Source: Thermoplasmata archaeon
GTDB lineage: Archaea > Thermoplasmatota > Thermoplasmata > Lutacidiplasmatales > UBA184
NCBI GenBank assembly: GCA_021819135.1
Contig: JAKASE010000001.1
Coordinates: forward strand, 75,375 to 139,374
Direction of reading: 5' to 3'
Length of the DNA: 64,000 nucleotides
A program made the position numbers and the translations under genes. The notes under the pieces were generated by a model. That model searched no databases and had not been told where the DNA came from. It saw only the letters and a program-made list of their open reading frames with translations. Of this stretch, positions 22,498 to 31,894 are shown one piece after another (within the stretch, counting starts at the first letter, position 1; every line of letters begins with the position of its first letter).

Positions 22498-22643
22498 CTC
22501 CATCGCCGTCGCTCCTCCGAAATCGGCGCCGCCGAACCGGGAGGGGGATTTGAGCCTGCTCCTCTTCCGGCCGCGAACTCCACCTAGTGGCATCCGGCCA
22601 CCACGGGAGCTGGCGGCCGCCTGCCCCGGGGGGCCCGGGAAAC

Positions 22644-22650
22644 CCTATTA
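22644..22650 (+). promoter_or_regulatory. TATA-like CCTATTA for leaderless radical-SAM gene
   Basis: 30-33 nt upstream of ATG 22680. Confidence 0.35.
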
Positions 22651-22679
22651 CCGAGCCTGGGCGCTCTGTGTTCCCACCG

Positions 22680-23819
22680 ATGGTCGCTCACGGTCTCGTC
22701 CTCCTGCCTATGGCGTCGAGCCATCGGGGCGAGCTCTCTCCCGCCTGCGTCCAGTGCCAGGAGGGCCGGAAGATGGTCCTCTTCGTCACGGGGGTCTGCC
22801 GGTTCCGGTGCTTCTACTGCCCGGTCTCGCCGAACCGGAACCAGAAGGACGTCGTCTACGCGAACGAGCGTCGGGTCCTCACCGACGCGGACATCCTCGA
22901 GGAGGCCCGGGCGATCGGGGCGGCCGGTACCGGCATCACCGGCGGCGATCCCCTCGGCGTCGTCGACCGGGTCGAACACTATGTCCGCCTGCTCAAGGGG
23001 GAGTTCGGTCCGTCGCACCACATCCACCTCTACACCCATGAGCCGAACCCCGAGAAGCTCGAGCGCCTGGCCCGCGCGGGCCTCGACGAGTTCCGCCTCC
23101 ACATCCCTCCCTACCTCTGGGGGAGCCTCTCGGGCCCGGGGAGCGCGTACCGCCGCGTGCTCGAGAGCGCCCCGGCGTGGGGGATCCGGCGGGGGGTCGA
23201 GGTCCCGGTCCTCCCGGAGAAGGAGGGCGAGCTTCGGCGCCTCCTGCGCGCCCTCGACGCGATCGGCGTCGACGTCGTGAACCTGAACGAGCTCGAGTTC
23301 TCCGAGACCAACGAGACGGCTCTTGCCGCTCGGGGCTACCGGACCGACCCCGAGAACGGCTGGGGCGTGCGCGGCAGCCGGGCCGTCGCGGAGCGCATCG
23401 TCCGTGAGATGCGCCTCGGCGTCCCCGTGCACTACTGCTCGTCCCGGTTCAAGGACAGCGTCCAGTTGCGAGAGCGCCTGCGGCGCCGGGCCGACCGGAC
23501 GGCGCCACCGTTCGCGGCCCGGACGCCGGACGGTACGATCGTGCTGGGCGTGGTCGAGGCCGGGCCCGAGAACGACCTCGCACGTTGGGCCACGCGTATC
23601 GCCCGACGGCTCGGGATCGGACCGGACGACTATCGCCTCGACATCGGCCGGCGCCGGGTCGAGCTGGCCGCCGAGCCGTTGCGGGAGGTAGCCGGGCGCC
23701 TCCCCTGGCCCGCGTTCGAGGTGGAGGTCTACCCGACGGCCGACGCGCTCGAGGTCGAGCGGGACCCTCTCAATCCGCCCGCGCGGGCCCGCTTGGGCGT
23801 CGTGGGCGGGGGCACGTAG
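22680..23819 (+). CDS. radical SAM domain protein
   Basis: CRFRCFYCP CxxxCxxC cluster after N-terminal CxxC; 379 aa from ATG 22680. Confidence 0.75.
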   Translation: MVAHGLVLLPMASSHRGELSPACVQCQEGRKMVLFVTGVCRFRCFYCPVSPNRNQKDVVYANERRVLTDADILEEARAIGAAGTGITGGDPLGVVDRVEHYVRLLKGEFGPSHHIHLYTHEPNPEKLERLARAGLDEFRLHIPPYLWGSLSGPGSAYRRVLESAPAWGIRRGVEVPVLPEKEGELRRLLRALDAIGVDVVNLNELEFSETNETALAARGYRTDPENGWGVRGSRAVAERIVREMRLGVPVHYCSSRFKDSVQLRERLRRRADRTAPPFAARTPDGTIVLGVVEAGPENDLARWATRIARRLGIGPDDYRLDIGRRRVELAAEPLREVAGRLPWPAFEVEVYPTADALEVERDPLNPPARARLGVVGGGT

Positions 23820-23989
23820 CCCTCGTCACAGGCGTGGCCTCCGTACGTGAGGTACCGCTGGTCGCCCCGGCGGTTCTTGATCGAGCAGGGCCCCCACCCC
23901 TCGTCCTCGGCGCCGTACCACATCGGACAGCGGAGGCAACGCAGCGGCTCCCCGGCTGCCGGAAGGGCGTCCTTCCGTGCCGACGTCAC
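23729..23989 (-). CDS. possible small zinc-ribbon protein translationally coupled to folD
   Basis: ATG 23989 overlaps folD stop (ATGA); four Cys (CLRC...C...C); C-terminus overlaps radical-SAM gene end, so true extent uncertain. Confidence 0.3.
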   Translation of the reverse strand: MTSARKDALPAAGEPLRCLRCPMWYGAEDEGWGPCSIKNRRGDQRYLTYGGHACDEGYVPPPTTPKRARAGGLRGSRSTSSASAVG

Positions 23990-24906
23990 CCCGAGCCCTC
24001 CGGGTGCGTCAGCCGACGCCAGGCGTCGACGCTGTTCGCCATCAGCTGGGCCACCGTGACGGGTCCGACCCCTCCCGGCACCGGGGTGAGCGACGCCGCC
24101 CAGCCCTCGAGCGACCCGGCGTCGGCGTCCCCCACGGCGATCGAGGCGCCCGGTCGCGTCGGATCCGGCACGCTCGAGATCCCGACGTCGACGATATGGA
24201 CCCCCTCGGGGACGGTGGCGCGGTTGAGGAGACCGGGCCGGCCCACGCAGGAGAAGATCGTACGGGCGCTCGCGAGGACCTTCGGGAGGTCCCGGCTCTT
24301 CGAGTGGGCCAGCGTGACGGTCGCGTGGATCCCTTCCGCCTTGCCGCCGAGCAGCAGCGCGAGCGGAAGGCCGACCGTCTCCGACCGGCCGAGGACGACG
24401 ACCGGTTCCCCCTCGAGCGGAAGGTGGTAGAACTGGGCGATCCGCACGGCCCCGCGGGCGACGGCGGGCACCTGCACGGGCCGCTGGGCGACCAGGCGGC
24501 CGAGGTTCTCCGGCCCGACCCCGTCGACATCCTTCTCGGGTCGGAGCGTTCCCACCGCCCGGTAGAAATCGAACGGCGGAGGCAGGGGATGTTCCAGGAG
24601 CACCGCGTGGACGGTGGGGTCACGGTCGAGCGCCCGCAGGCGCTCCTCGAGGTCCCCCGGTCCGGCCGAAGCGGCCAGCGCCTCGTCCCGGAACCGGACC
24701 CCGACCTCCGCGGCCGCCTTGGCCTGGCGCTTGAGGTAGAAGCGGAACGGGCTGTCGACGCCCCGGTGGACGCTGATGAGCGACGGGGGCGGAAGCCCGG
24801 GGACCGCGATGATCGCAGCCCGGCTCGCGGCGTTCAGGGCGTCGGCGATCGGCTTGCCGAGGAGACGGTCGGTCACGAGGGGATCCCGCCCGACCGAGCC
24901 GCGCAC
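23986..24906 (-). CDS. folD: bifunctional methylene-THF dehydrogenase/methenyl-THF cyclohydrolase
   Basis: 306 aa; FolD catalytic and NAD(P) Rossmann regions ([15 protein letters not shown]); GTG start. Confidence 0.85.
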   Translation of the reverse strand: MRGSVGRDPLVTDRLLGKPIADALNAASRAAIIAVPGLPPPSLISVHRGVDSPFRFYLKRQAKAAAEVGVRFRDEALAASAGPGDLEERLRALDRDPTVHAVLLEHPLPPPFDFYRAVGTLRPEKDVDGVGPENLGRLVAQRPVQVPAVARGAVRIAQFYHLPLEGEPVVVLGRSETVGLPLALLLGGKAEGIHATVTLAHSKSRDLPKVLASARTIFSCVGRPGLLNRATVPEGVHIVDVGISSVPDPTRPGASIAVGDADAGSLEGWAASLTPVPGGVGPVTVAQLMANSVDAWRRLTHPEGSG

Positions 24907-25012
24907 GGTAGATAAGCGGGTCCCGCTTCGCGCGAAGAGGCGGCGGGACCTTTCCCCTGCCGTCCGCCCGGTGACGCCGGCGACGCAAGGTGAACTCCGG
25001 CCTCCCGAAGGG

Positions 25013-25020
25013 ATTTATAC
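25013..25020 (+). promoter_or_regulatory. TATA box ATTTATAC upstream of lon
   Basis: AT-rich element in GC-rich intergenic region between divergent folD and lon; in-frame GTG at 25040 is an alternative leaderless start. Confidence 0.4.
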
Positions 25021-25081
25021 CGAGGTCCGCTTCATTTACGTGGCGCAACGATCCCGGCGGCTCCGGGCGAGAAACGCCATC

Positions 25082-27103
25082 ATGACAGAAGGAGCGGTCC
25101 GACCCTCCGCGGGGTCCGAAGAGCCGGCGTCGCAGAGCGAGCTCGAACAGTGGACGAGCGCGCTTCCGTACACCTCGACCGCCCAGGTCGAGGTCCCTCC
25201 GCGCCTCCTGGACCAGGTGATCGGGCAGGACGAGGCGGTCGAGGTCGCCCGGAAGGCGGCGACGCAGAAGCGCCACATGATCCTGATCGGCGAGCCGGGC
25301 ACGGGCAAGAGCATGCTGGCCCGCGCGATGGTCGACTTCCTTCCGAAGGAGCAGCTCCAGGACATCCTCGCCTACCCGAACAACGAGGACCCGAACGAGC
25401 CCAAGATCCGCGTCGTTCCGTCGGGCAAGGGAAAGGAGATCGTCGCGGCCCAGAAGCTCGAGGCGGCCCAGAAGAAGGAGCAGCGGACGATCCTGTTCGT
25501 CGTCCTGGCGCTGGCCATCTTCGCCTTCACGCTCTACATCGTGCTCACGACGCACGACCTGACCGCGCTCCTCGTCGGCCTGCTGATCGTCTTCATCGTC
25601 TACGCGCTTGTCCGGTTCTCGGGCGGACGGAACGACTCGGGCACGGGCGTCGCGAAGCTGTTGGTCCCGCACACCCCCGACGACAAACCCCCGTTCATCG
25701 ACGCTACCGGGGCCCATGCCGGAGCGCTGCTCGGGGACGTCAAGCACGACCCGTTCCAGTCGGGCGGGCTCGAGACCCCTCCGCATGAGCGGGTGGAGGT
25801 CGGTGCGATCCACAAGGCGAACGGCGGGGTCCTGTTCATCGACGAGATCAACCTCCTCAAGATCGAGAGCCAGCACTCCCTGCTGACCGCGCTCCAGGAG
25901 CGGAAGTTCCCGATCGTCGGGCAGTCCGAGCGTTCGGCCGGCGCCATGGTGAAGACCGAACCGGTTCCCGCCGACTTCGTGCTCGTCGCCGCGGGCAACG
26001 TCGACAGCGTGCAGAACATGCACCCGGCGCTCCGCTCCCGGATCCGCGGCTACGGCTACGAGCTCTACGTGAAGACGACGATGCCCGACACCGTGGAGAA
26101 CCGGATGAAGATCGTTCGGTTCATCGCCCAGGAGGTCACGAAGGACAAGAAGATCCCCCACTTCGACACCGGGGCGATCGCGGAGGTCATCCGCGAGGCG
26201 CAGCGCCGCTCGGGCCGGTCGGGTCAGCTCACCCTGCGGCTCCGGGAGCTGGGCGGACTCGTCCGGGTCGCCGGGGACATCGCCCTTTCCGAGGGCCTCC
26301 CGATCGTCAAGGCCGACCAGGTCGTGAAGGCGAAACGCGCCAGCCGCTCGCTCGAGCAGCAGATCGCCGACCGCTACATCGAGCGCCGCAAGGAATACCG
26401 GATGTTCTCCACCGAAGGGGCGGCCGTCGGGGTCGTGAACGGTCTCGCCGCGATCAACGCCCAGACCGGCATGGCCGAGTTCTCCGGCATCGTGCTCCCG
26501 ATCGTCGCCGAGGTCACGCCGGCCCAGACACGGGACGGAGGCGTCGTGGTCGCGACGGGGAAGCTCGGGGAGATCGCTCGCGAGGCGGTCCAGAACGTGA
26601 GCGCCCTCATCAAGAAGTACACGGGGGAGGACATCTCCCGCTACGACATCCACATCCAGTTCGTGGGGACGTCGGACGGCGTCGAGGGCGACAGCGCCTC
26701 GGTGTCGATCGCCACGGCCGTCATCAGCGCCCTCGAGGGGGTCCCGGTGGACCAGTCGGTCGCAATGACCGGTTCGCTCTCCGTGCGTGGCCAGGTCCTC
26801 CCCGTCGGCGGCGTCACGGCGAAGGTCGAGGCCGCGGCCGACTCCGGCATCAAGCGGGTCCTCGTCCCCGAGGACAATCTGGACGACCTCGTCCTCGAAT
26901 CCCGGTACCGGGGCATGATCGAAGTGATCCCGGTGCGCACCCTGCGGGACGTCCTCAAGTACGCGCTCGTCGGCCAGGGTTCCCAGAAGGAGTCCCTCCT
27001 CGAGCGGCTCAGCGCGATGGTCCGCGCGACCAGTCGCACGTCCGAAGAGGTCCCGGCTACCGGCGCGGTGCCTCCGGCTCCCGCTCGGCCGGCCGGTTCG
27101 TGA
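25082..27103 (+). CDS. lon: archaeal membrane-bound Lon protease (LonB)
   Basis: AAA+ Walker A GEPGTGKS, inserted two-TM segment ([18 protein letters not shown]...), C-terminal Ser-Lys protease domain ([13 protein letters not shown]...K). Confidence 0.9.
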   Translation: MTEGAVRPSAGSEEPASQSELEQWTSALPYTSTAQVEVPPRLLDQVIGQDEAVEVARKAATQKRHMILIGEPGTGKSMLARAMVDFLPKEQLQDILAYPNNEDPNEPKIRVVPSGKGKEIVAAQKLEAAQKKEQRTILFVVLALAIFAFTLYIVLTTHDLTALLVGLLIVFIVYALVRFSGGRNDSGTGVAKLLVPHTPDDKPPFIDATGAHAGALLGDVKHDPFQSGGLETPPHERVEVGAIHKANGGVLFIDEINLLKIESQHSLLTALQERKFPIVGQSERSAGAMVKTEPVPADFVLVAAGNVDSVQNMHPALRSRIRGYGYELYVKTTMPDTVENRMKIVRFIAQEVTKDKKIPHFDTGAIAEVIREAQRRSGRSGQLTLRLRELGGLVRVAGDIALSEGLPIVKADQVVKAKRASRSLEQQIADRYIERRKEYRMFSTEGAAVGVVNGLAAINAQTGMAEFSGIVLPIVAEVTPAQTRDGGVVVATGKLGEIAREAVQNVSALIKKYTGEDISRYDIHIQFVGTSDGVEGDSASVSIATAVISALEGVPVDQSVAMTGSLSVRGQVLPVGGVTAKVEAAADSGIKRVLVPEDNLDDLVLESRYRGMIEVIPVRTLRDVLKYALVGQGSQKESLLERLSAMVRATSRTSEEVPATGAVPPAPARPAGS

Positions 27104-27336
27104 GAGGCAGTTTCCGCATCCCGGTCCATCCGCCGATCGCGACGCGCACCGGCCCGTCGCCGGATCTCGGCGAGGACGAGGACCGGTTCGTCGACCGGCC
27201 CTGCTACGAGTTCAACGCGCTGCTTCGGCCGTCGTGGGACGACCGTCACTGCTCGCACTGCCGCCATTACCTCACCGCCCGGTGCCCCCACATCGACGAG
27301 TTCCTCGACGACGTGGACGATTTGTCCCCGGAGTGA
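27100..27336 (+). CDS. hypothetical small Cys/His-rich protein (78 aa)
   Basis: GTG overlaps lon stop (GTGA); high GC3; C-x17-CSHC-x9-CPH pattern; acidic C-terminus. Confidence 0.35.
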   Translation: MRGSFRIPVHPPIATRTGPSPDLGEDEDRFVDRPCYEFNALLRPSWDDRHCSHCRHYLTARCPHIDEFLDDVDDLSPE

Positions 27337-27348
27337 GTCGGGGCGGCC

Positions 27349-27888
27349 GTGCGCGGTCTCCTGATCGGGCGGTTCCAGCCGTTCCACCGGGGTCACCTCG
27401 CGGTCGTACGGGAGATCCGCGAGCGTCGGCCGGAGGCGCCGCTCCTGATCGGCATCGGGAGCGCCGAGGAGTCGTACACCTGGAAGAACCCGTTCACCGC
27501 CGGCGAACGGTTCGAGATGATCTCTCGCGCTATCGACGAGGCGGGGCTCTCGCGGGTCGAGGTGGTCCCGATCGCCGACATCCGGCGTCACGCGCTCTGG
27601 GTCCGGTACCTCGAGGGCCTCTTGCCCGGGTTCGACCGGGTCTACACGAACAATCCGCTCACCCGGCTATTGTTCGAGCGGTCGGGCTACGAGGTCGAGC
27701 GCCCGACGCTCGTGGACCGTCGTCGGTTCGAAGGGATCGGCGTCCGGGAGCGGATCGCCTCCGGACGGGGCTGGAAAGAGCTCCTTCCCCCGTCGGTTGC
27801 TCGGTACCTCGCCGAGATCGGCGCTCCGGCGAGACTTCGCCTGCTGAAGGCGGGCGAGGGTCGGTCGTCGGGGGGTCGTCGCCGGTGA
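27349..27888 (+). CDS. nadM: nicotinamide-nucleotide adenylyltransferase (archaeal NMNAT)
   Basis: GTG-start MRGLLIGRFQPFHRGH matches archaeal NMNAT signature; 179 aa. Confidence 0.85.
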   Translation: MRGLLIGRFQPFHRGHLAVVREIRERRPEAPLLIGIGSAEESYTWKNPFTAGERFEMISRAIDEAGLSRVEVVPIADIRRHALWVRYLEGLLPGFDRVYTNNPLTRLLFERSGYEVERPTLVDRRRFEGIGVRERIASGRGWKELLPPSVARYLAEIGAPARLRLLKAGEGRSSGGRRR

Positions 27889-29126
27889 GCGATCCGCCCT
27901 CCTCCGATCCCGGTTCGGAGGGCCCGAAGCGCCGGTCGCGCTTCGAACCCTTGCCGCCCTGGGTCGGCCCGTCCACCGCGGTCGTCCATGGCGGCCGTCG
28001 GCCCGACTACAACGCGGGGTCGGTCGTCCCGCCGATCTACCAGACCTCGACGTTCCACTGGCCGGCCGACCGCTCCGAGTCGTCGGACCGGGCCGAGGCC
28101 TACCTCTACAGCCGGGTGCGGAACCCGACGGTCGAAGTGCCGACCGAGGTCATCCGGGCCCTCGAGGGCGGGGAGGACGCCCGCCTCTTCGGCTCCGGCA
28201 TGGGCGCGATCACCGCGTCCGTCCTCTCGCTCCTTCGTTCGGGCGACTCGGTGGTGGCGCTCGCGGGGCTGTACGGGGGGACGACCGACTTCCTCACCGA
28301 CCACCTCCCCCGCTTCGGCGTGACGGTCCGAGAGGTCTCGGACGACGCGGCGCGCGACCCGGTCGCGTCGGTCCCCCCGGGAACCGCGCTCGTGATCGTC
28401 GAGAGCCCGACCAATCCGCTCCTCCGGGTGCACGACCTCGCCCAGTGGGCCGAGGCGGCGCACCGCGCGGGCGCCCTCCTGCTCGTCGACAACACCTTCG
28501 CGACCCCGATCAACCAGAACCCGCTCGCGCTCGGCGCCGATCTGGTGGTGCACAGCGCGACCAAGTACCTCGGAGGGCACTCCGACCTCATCGCCGGGGC
28601 GGTGGTCGGGTCGGCGTCGTTGATCCAACGGATCGACGCGAAGAGCTACCTCGGCGCGCCGCTCGACCCGTTCGCCGCCTTCCTCTTGGCCCGCGGGCTG
28701 AAGACGCTCGCGCTCCGGGTCGCCCGTCAGAACGAGAACGGCCGACGGGTCGCGGGCGCGGTACGGGCCCATCCCGCGGTCGCGCGCGTCCACTACCCGG
28801 GTTGGGGATCGGGGGAGGAGGAGGCGGTCGCGGCGCGGCAGATGCGGGGGCGCGGCGGCATGCTCTCGATCTCCCTGAACGGGGGGGCGCCGGCCGCCGA
28901 GCGGTTGCTTTCCTCCCTGCGCCTGGTGCACCCGGCGGCGAGCCTCGGCGGGGTGGAGAGCCTCGCCAGCGTGCCCCGGAAGACCTCGCACCGGCACTTC
29001 ACCTCAGAGCAGCTCGGGGAGCGCGGGATCGACGAGGGTCTCGTCCGGTTCTCCCTCGGCATCGAGGAGCCGGAGGACCTGGTCCGGGACTTCACCGAGG
29101 CGCTCGATCGCGTGACGAGCCCGTAG
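27885..29126 (+). CDS. PLP-dependent Cys/Met metabolism enzyme (cystathionine gamma-synthase/lyase or O-acetylhomoserine sulfhydrylase family)
   Basis: GTG overlaps nadM stop (GTGA); SATKYLGGHSD lysine-PLP motif; 413 aa. Confidence 0.8.
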   Translation: MSDPPSSDPGSEGPKRRSRFEPLPPWVGPSTAVVHGGRRPDYNAGSVVPPIYQTSTFHWPADRSESSDRAEAYLYSRVRNPTVEVPTEVIRALEGGEDARLFGSGMGAITASVLSLLRSGDSVVALAGLYGGTTDFLTDHLPRFGVTVREVSDDAARDPVASVPPGTALVIVESPTNPLLRVHDLAQWAEAAHRAGALLLVDNTFATPINQNPLALGADLVVHSATKYLGGHSDLIAGAVVGSASLIQRIDAKSYLGAPLDPFAAFLLARGLKTLALRVARQNENGRRVAGAVRAHPAVARVHYPGWGSGEEEAVAARQMRGRGGMLSISLNGGAPAAERLLSSLRLVHPAASLGGVESLASVPRKTSHRHFTSEQLGERGIDEGLVRFSLGIEEPEDLVRDFTEALDRVTSP

Positions 29127-29763
29127 AGGGCTCGACGGCGCTCACCAGCAGCCGGCGCCGGGCGTGCCGGGGCGACTCGAGCTCGTCGGCGACCGCCACC
29201 GCGAGATCGGCCAGCGAGAGGGTCCGCGCGGGCGGACCTCCCCCGTGCGGGTCGATGCCCGTGTGGTAGCCGCCGGTACGCTTTCCGTCCGCCACGGGTC
29301 CCTCCGGACAGACGTAGGTCCAATCGACCTCCTGCTCCTCCCGAAGGAGATCGAACGTCGACCGGGCGGGGGCGCCCGGGGCCTCGGCGGCGCGCTCCGG
29401 GACGGCCTCGCCCCCCGTGCTCCGCTTCGCCGGGGCCCAGCCCCTCTCCTCGACCACGAGCACGCGGGGCCCGCGGGCCTCGCGCAACCCCTCGAGGAGC
29501 GTGGAGGTCGCCGCATTGAGGTCCGTACCTCGCCCCCGTCCGGGTCGGCCGATCGCCGAAACGGCCGCGTCGTGCCCCGGCAGGACCGCGGAGACGGTCG
29601 CCCGATCCCGTAGGTCGCCGCGGACGAACCGGACCGGTGAGCCCGGAGGGGCGGCGGAGACCGGGCGGCGGACGACCCCGGTCACCCGGTGACCCCGACG
29701 TACCAGCTCCTCGGTCACTCGGGCTCCGACCCGGCTCCCGGCGTCAAAGACGATGACCCTCAT
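29092..29763 (-). CDS. NAD(P)-binding NmrA/SDR-like oxidoreductase
   Basis: MRVIVFDAGSRVG Rossmann N-terminus; 223 aa from ATG 29763. Confidence 0.6.
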   Translation of the reverse strand: MRVIVFDAGSRVGARVTEELVRRGHRVTGVVRRPVSAAPPGSPVRFVRGDLRDRATVSAVLPGHDAAVSAIGRPGRGRGTDLNAATSTLLEGLREARGPRVLVVEERGWAPAKRSTGGEAVPERAAEAPGAPARSTFDLLREEQEVDWTYVCPEGPVADGKRTGGYHTGIDPHGGGPPARTLSLADLAVAVADELESPRHARRRLLVSAVEPSTGSSRDRAPR

Positions 29764-29891
29764 CGTGCCGAACTGGCCAGTTCCGGTACGCCCGCCTGGC
29801 ATATGAACCCAAAGTCGGGGCGCCGCCGCCGCGGGCGGCGAGGCGCGGCGAAACCGAACCGGGACGCGGTCGGAGGGGGAAGCGCGCTACG

Positions 29892-30563
29892 GTGCGCCCC
29901 CGAGGGGCCGCGGGTGCTCCGTGCCCGTCAATTCGCCTCGACCTTGGGTTCATCGTGCCCGTACGCGTCGGCGGAACCGGTTTCGACCGACCGAGGAGGA
30001 CCGGGTGCCAGGGGGCGTCGAGCACGACAGGCACAAGACGCCACTACCGAAGCAAGGTCGAGGTCCTGCGTGACCTCCTCGAGGCGTCCCGGGTGGACCA
30101 CGGTAAGACCCACATCATCGGTCGGGCCTTCCTCAACGAGGACCTCTTCGAGCGGTACGCTTCCTTGGCCCTCTCCGAGGGTCTCCTAGAGGCCGTCGAG
30201 GGGGGATACCGGGTCACTCCTTCCGGTATCACGTGGCTGGAGGCAGTCCGCCGCGTGCTCGAGAAGCGTACCGCGCTCGCTTCCGCGCTCAGTGAGCTGG
30301 CCCGGATCTCGGACCGTTCACCGGCCCCGAGGACGTGGGACGCCCCGCCGGTGGAGCGCAGCGCGTCAAGCCTCTCCGCCGAAGAACACCCGCCGGCGCT
30401 CGATTCGGTGATCGAGGAGCTCGGCCTCCCCGGCACCCGTTCCCCGCCCTCCCCTCGGGGCGAGGGCGCCGGCGGAGCGTCGGCATCCTCCCGGGTCCGA
30501 GTCGATCTCGCGCGAGGCGTGTCGCCCCGGCGCCGGCCGCCGAGGCGAAGGAGCCGTCCGTGA
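29892..30563 (+). CDS. HTH_45-type winged-helix protein with disordered C-terminal tail (start uncertain: ATG 29892 or GTG 29955)
   Basis: RHYRSKVEVLRDLLEASRVDHGKTHIIGRAFLNEDLFERYASLALSEGLLE matches archaeal HTH_45 (RSKIEIL.DIL...); translationally coupled (GTGA) to downstream membrane/peptidase gene. Confidence 0.55.
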   Translation: MRPRGAAGAPCPSIRLDLGFIVPVRVGGTGFDRPRRTGCQGASSTTGTRRHYRSKVEVLRDLLEASRVDHGKTHIIGRAFLNEDLFERYASLALSEGLLEAVEGGYRVTPSGITWLEAVRRVLEKRTALASALSELARISDRSPAPRTWDAPPVERSASSLSAEEHPPALDSVIEELGLPGTRSPPSPRGEGAGGASASSRVRVDLARGVSPRRRPPRRRSRP

Positions 30564-31894
30564 TCTCACCTACGGGAGTCCGCGGCGTACGTCCCTGGCT
30601 TCTCTTCGCTGCCGTGCTCGCGGTCGGGCAGTCGGTCTACTTCGCGACCCCCACGCTCACTCCCGAGGTCGCCCGAGCGGTCAGTCTCGCCGTCCCGCTC
30701 AGCGCGCTCGCGCTCTTCTTCCTGTTCGTCCGGTGGGACGGGAGTACGCCGCGCGACCACGGGCTCTTCCTGCCCCCCGACCCGGCCCGGGCCCTCGGCG
30801 TCGCCGCGCTGCTGGTCGGGGTCTACCTCATCGCCGTCCTCGAACCCGGGTTCGGCTTCGGGTTCCTGGCGGGGGCCGAGGACACCGTGGACAGCGTCCT
30901 CTACTGGATCGCGTACGCTCCGCTCACCGCCCTGGCCGGCGAGGCGGTCTTCCGAGGGTATCTGCTCGATCGCTGGCTCAAGCCGGGCACCCTACCGGCG
31001 TCGCTCGGGGTCTCCTCGGTGCTCTTCGCGGTCGCCGGGACGAACGTGGTCGTCCTCGAAGGGCTCGAGCCGGTCTCGTTGGGACGACTGCTGCTCAGCC
31101 GCGTTGCCCCGCTCGTCGTCCTCGGCGTCGTGCTCGGCTTCTACTACCTCTGCGCCGCGAGGAACCTGCTCGGGCCGTTCGTCCTCCGTACCGGGATCCT
31201 CCTCTTCGTGGGACTCTCGCCGCTCCTCGCCGGCTCGCCCGGCTGGCAGCTCTCCCTGCTCCTCGAGCTGTTCGCCTACGGTCTCGTCCTCGCGCTCCTG
31301 CTCGTCCTGTACCGACCGTCGCGCTTCCTCGCCCGCGCCTATCTCGGGGAGAGGTTCGGTCCCCGCCGGGGACGGTTCCGGGAGATCCGGGAGCGTCGGA
31401 GAGAGCGTCGGTCCCTGGTCGTCGCGAGCGTGGCCGTCGCGCTCGTGCTGTCGGGGACGTTCGTCACCCTCGTGACGACCCTCGGGACCAATCCCCCGTT
31501 CCTCGCCATCTCGAGCGATAGCATGAGCCCGACGATCCACCGGGGGGACATCGTTCTCGTCCGGCAGGCCGACGCCGCGTCGATCGGCGTCGGAACGGTG
31601 ATCGCCTACTCCTCCTCCTGCATGCCCTCCCCGGTAGTACATCGTGTCGTGGCCGAGAGCCCGGGAACCGGCGGCCCAGTGTACACGACGAGGGGGGATG
31701 CGAACGGGGTGAACGATCCGTGTCCCGTGCCGATCGGCGCCGTCATCGGGCAGATCGTTCTGGTCGTTCCCCTCCTCGGTTTCTTCGCCCTCTCGCCGGC
31801 GTTGTCGGTCGGAACGGTGGTGATCGCGGTCGTCGCCGTCGCCCTGCTCCGGCCCTCGTCGTCGTCGTTCTCCCATCGGAGGTGGCATCGATGA
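30560..31894 (+). CDS. fusion protein: polytopic membrane domain (degenerate CPBP/Abi-like EAVFRG motif) + C-terminal type I signal peptidase (SipW/Sec11, S26B type)
   Basis: ~8 TM helices then TM anchor and SDSMSPTIHRGD (Ser box), VVHRVV (His box), TRGDANGVND (GDNN box). Confidence 0.75.
   Translation: MISPTGVRGVRPWLLFAAVLAVGQSVYFATPTLTPEVARAVSLAVPLSALALFFLFVRWDGSTPRDHGLFLPPDPARALGVAALLVGVYLIAVLEPGFGFGFLAGAEDTVDSVLYWIAYAPLTALAGEAVFRGYLLDRWLKPGTLPASLGVSSVLFAVAGTNVVVLEGLEPVSLGRLLLSRVAPLVVLGVVLGFYYLCAARNLLGPFVLRTGILLFVGLSPLLAGSPGWQLSLLLELFAYGLVLALLLVLYRPSRFLARAYLGERFGPRRGRFREIRERRRERRSLVVASVAVALVLSGTFVTLVTTLGTNPPFLAISSDSMSPTIHRGDIVLVRQADAASIGVGTVIAYSSSCMPSPVVHRVVAESPGTGGPVYTTRGDANGVNDPCPVPIGAVIGQIVLVVPLLGFFALSPALSVGTVVIAVVAVALLRPSSSSFSHRRWHR

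Noticed and set aside
22498-22512. Exact psmA start codon
   Set aside because: By hand I read an extra g here, giving atgggagatg instead of the atggagatg that matches the track translation. The 1-nt discrepancy is most likely my transcription error, so the track frame was trusted. I chose [10 protein letters not shown] (22497) over MEMQPG (22503) by homology.
24776-25081. N-terminal extension of lon to the track start
   Set aside because: The extension would run through the divergent folD promoter region. The LonB N-terminus aligns from ATG 25082. GTG 25040 is kept only as an alternative start.
31720-31890. Upstream extension of the 31891 ORF to the track start 31720
   Set aside because: It overlaps the signal-peptidase domain in another frame. 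ATG 31891 overlaps the upstream stop and is followed directly by the signal peptide.
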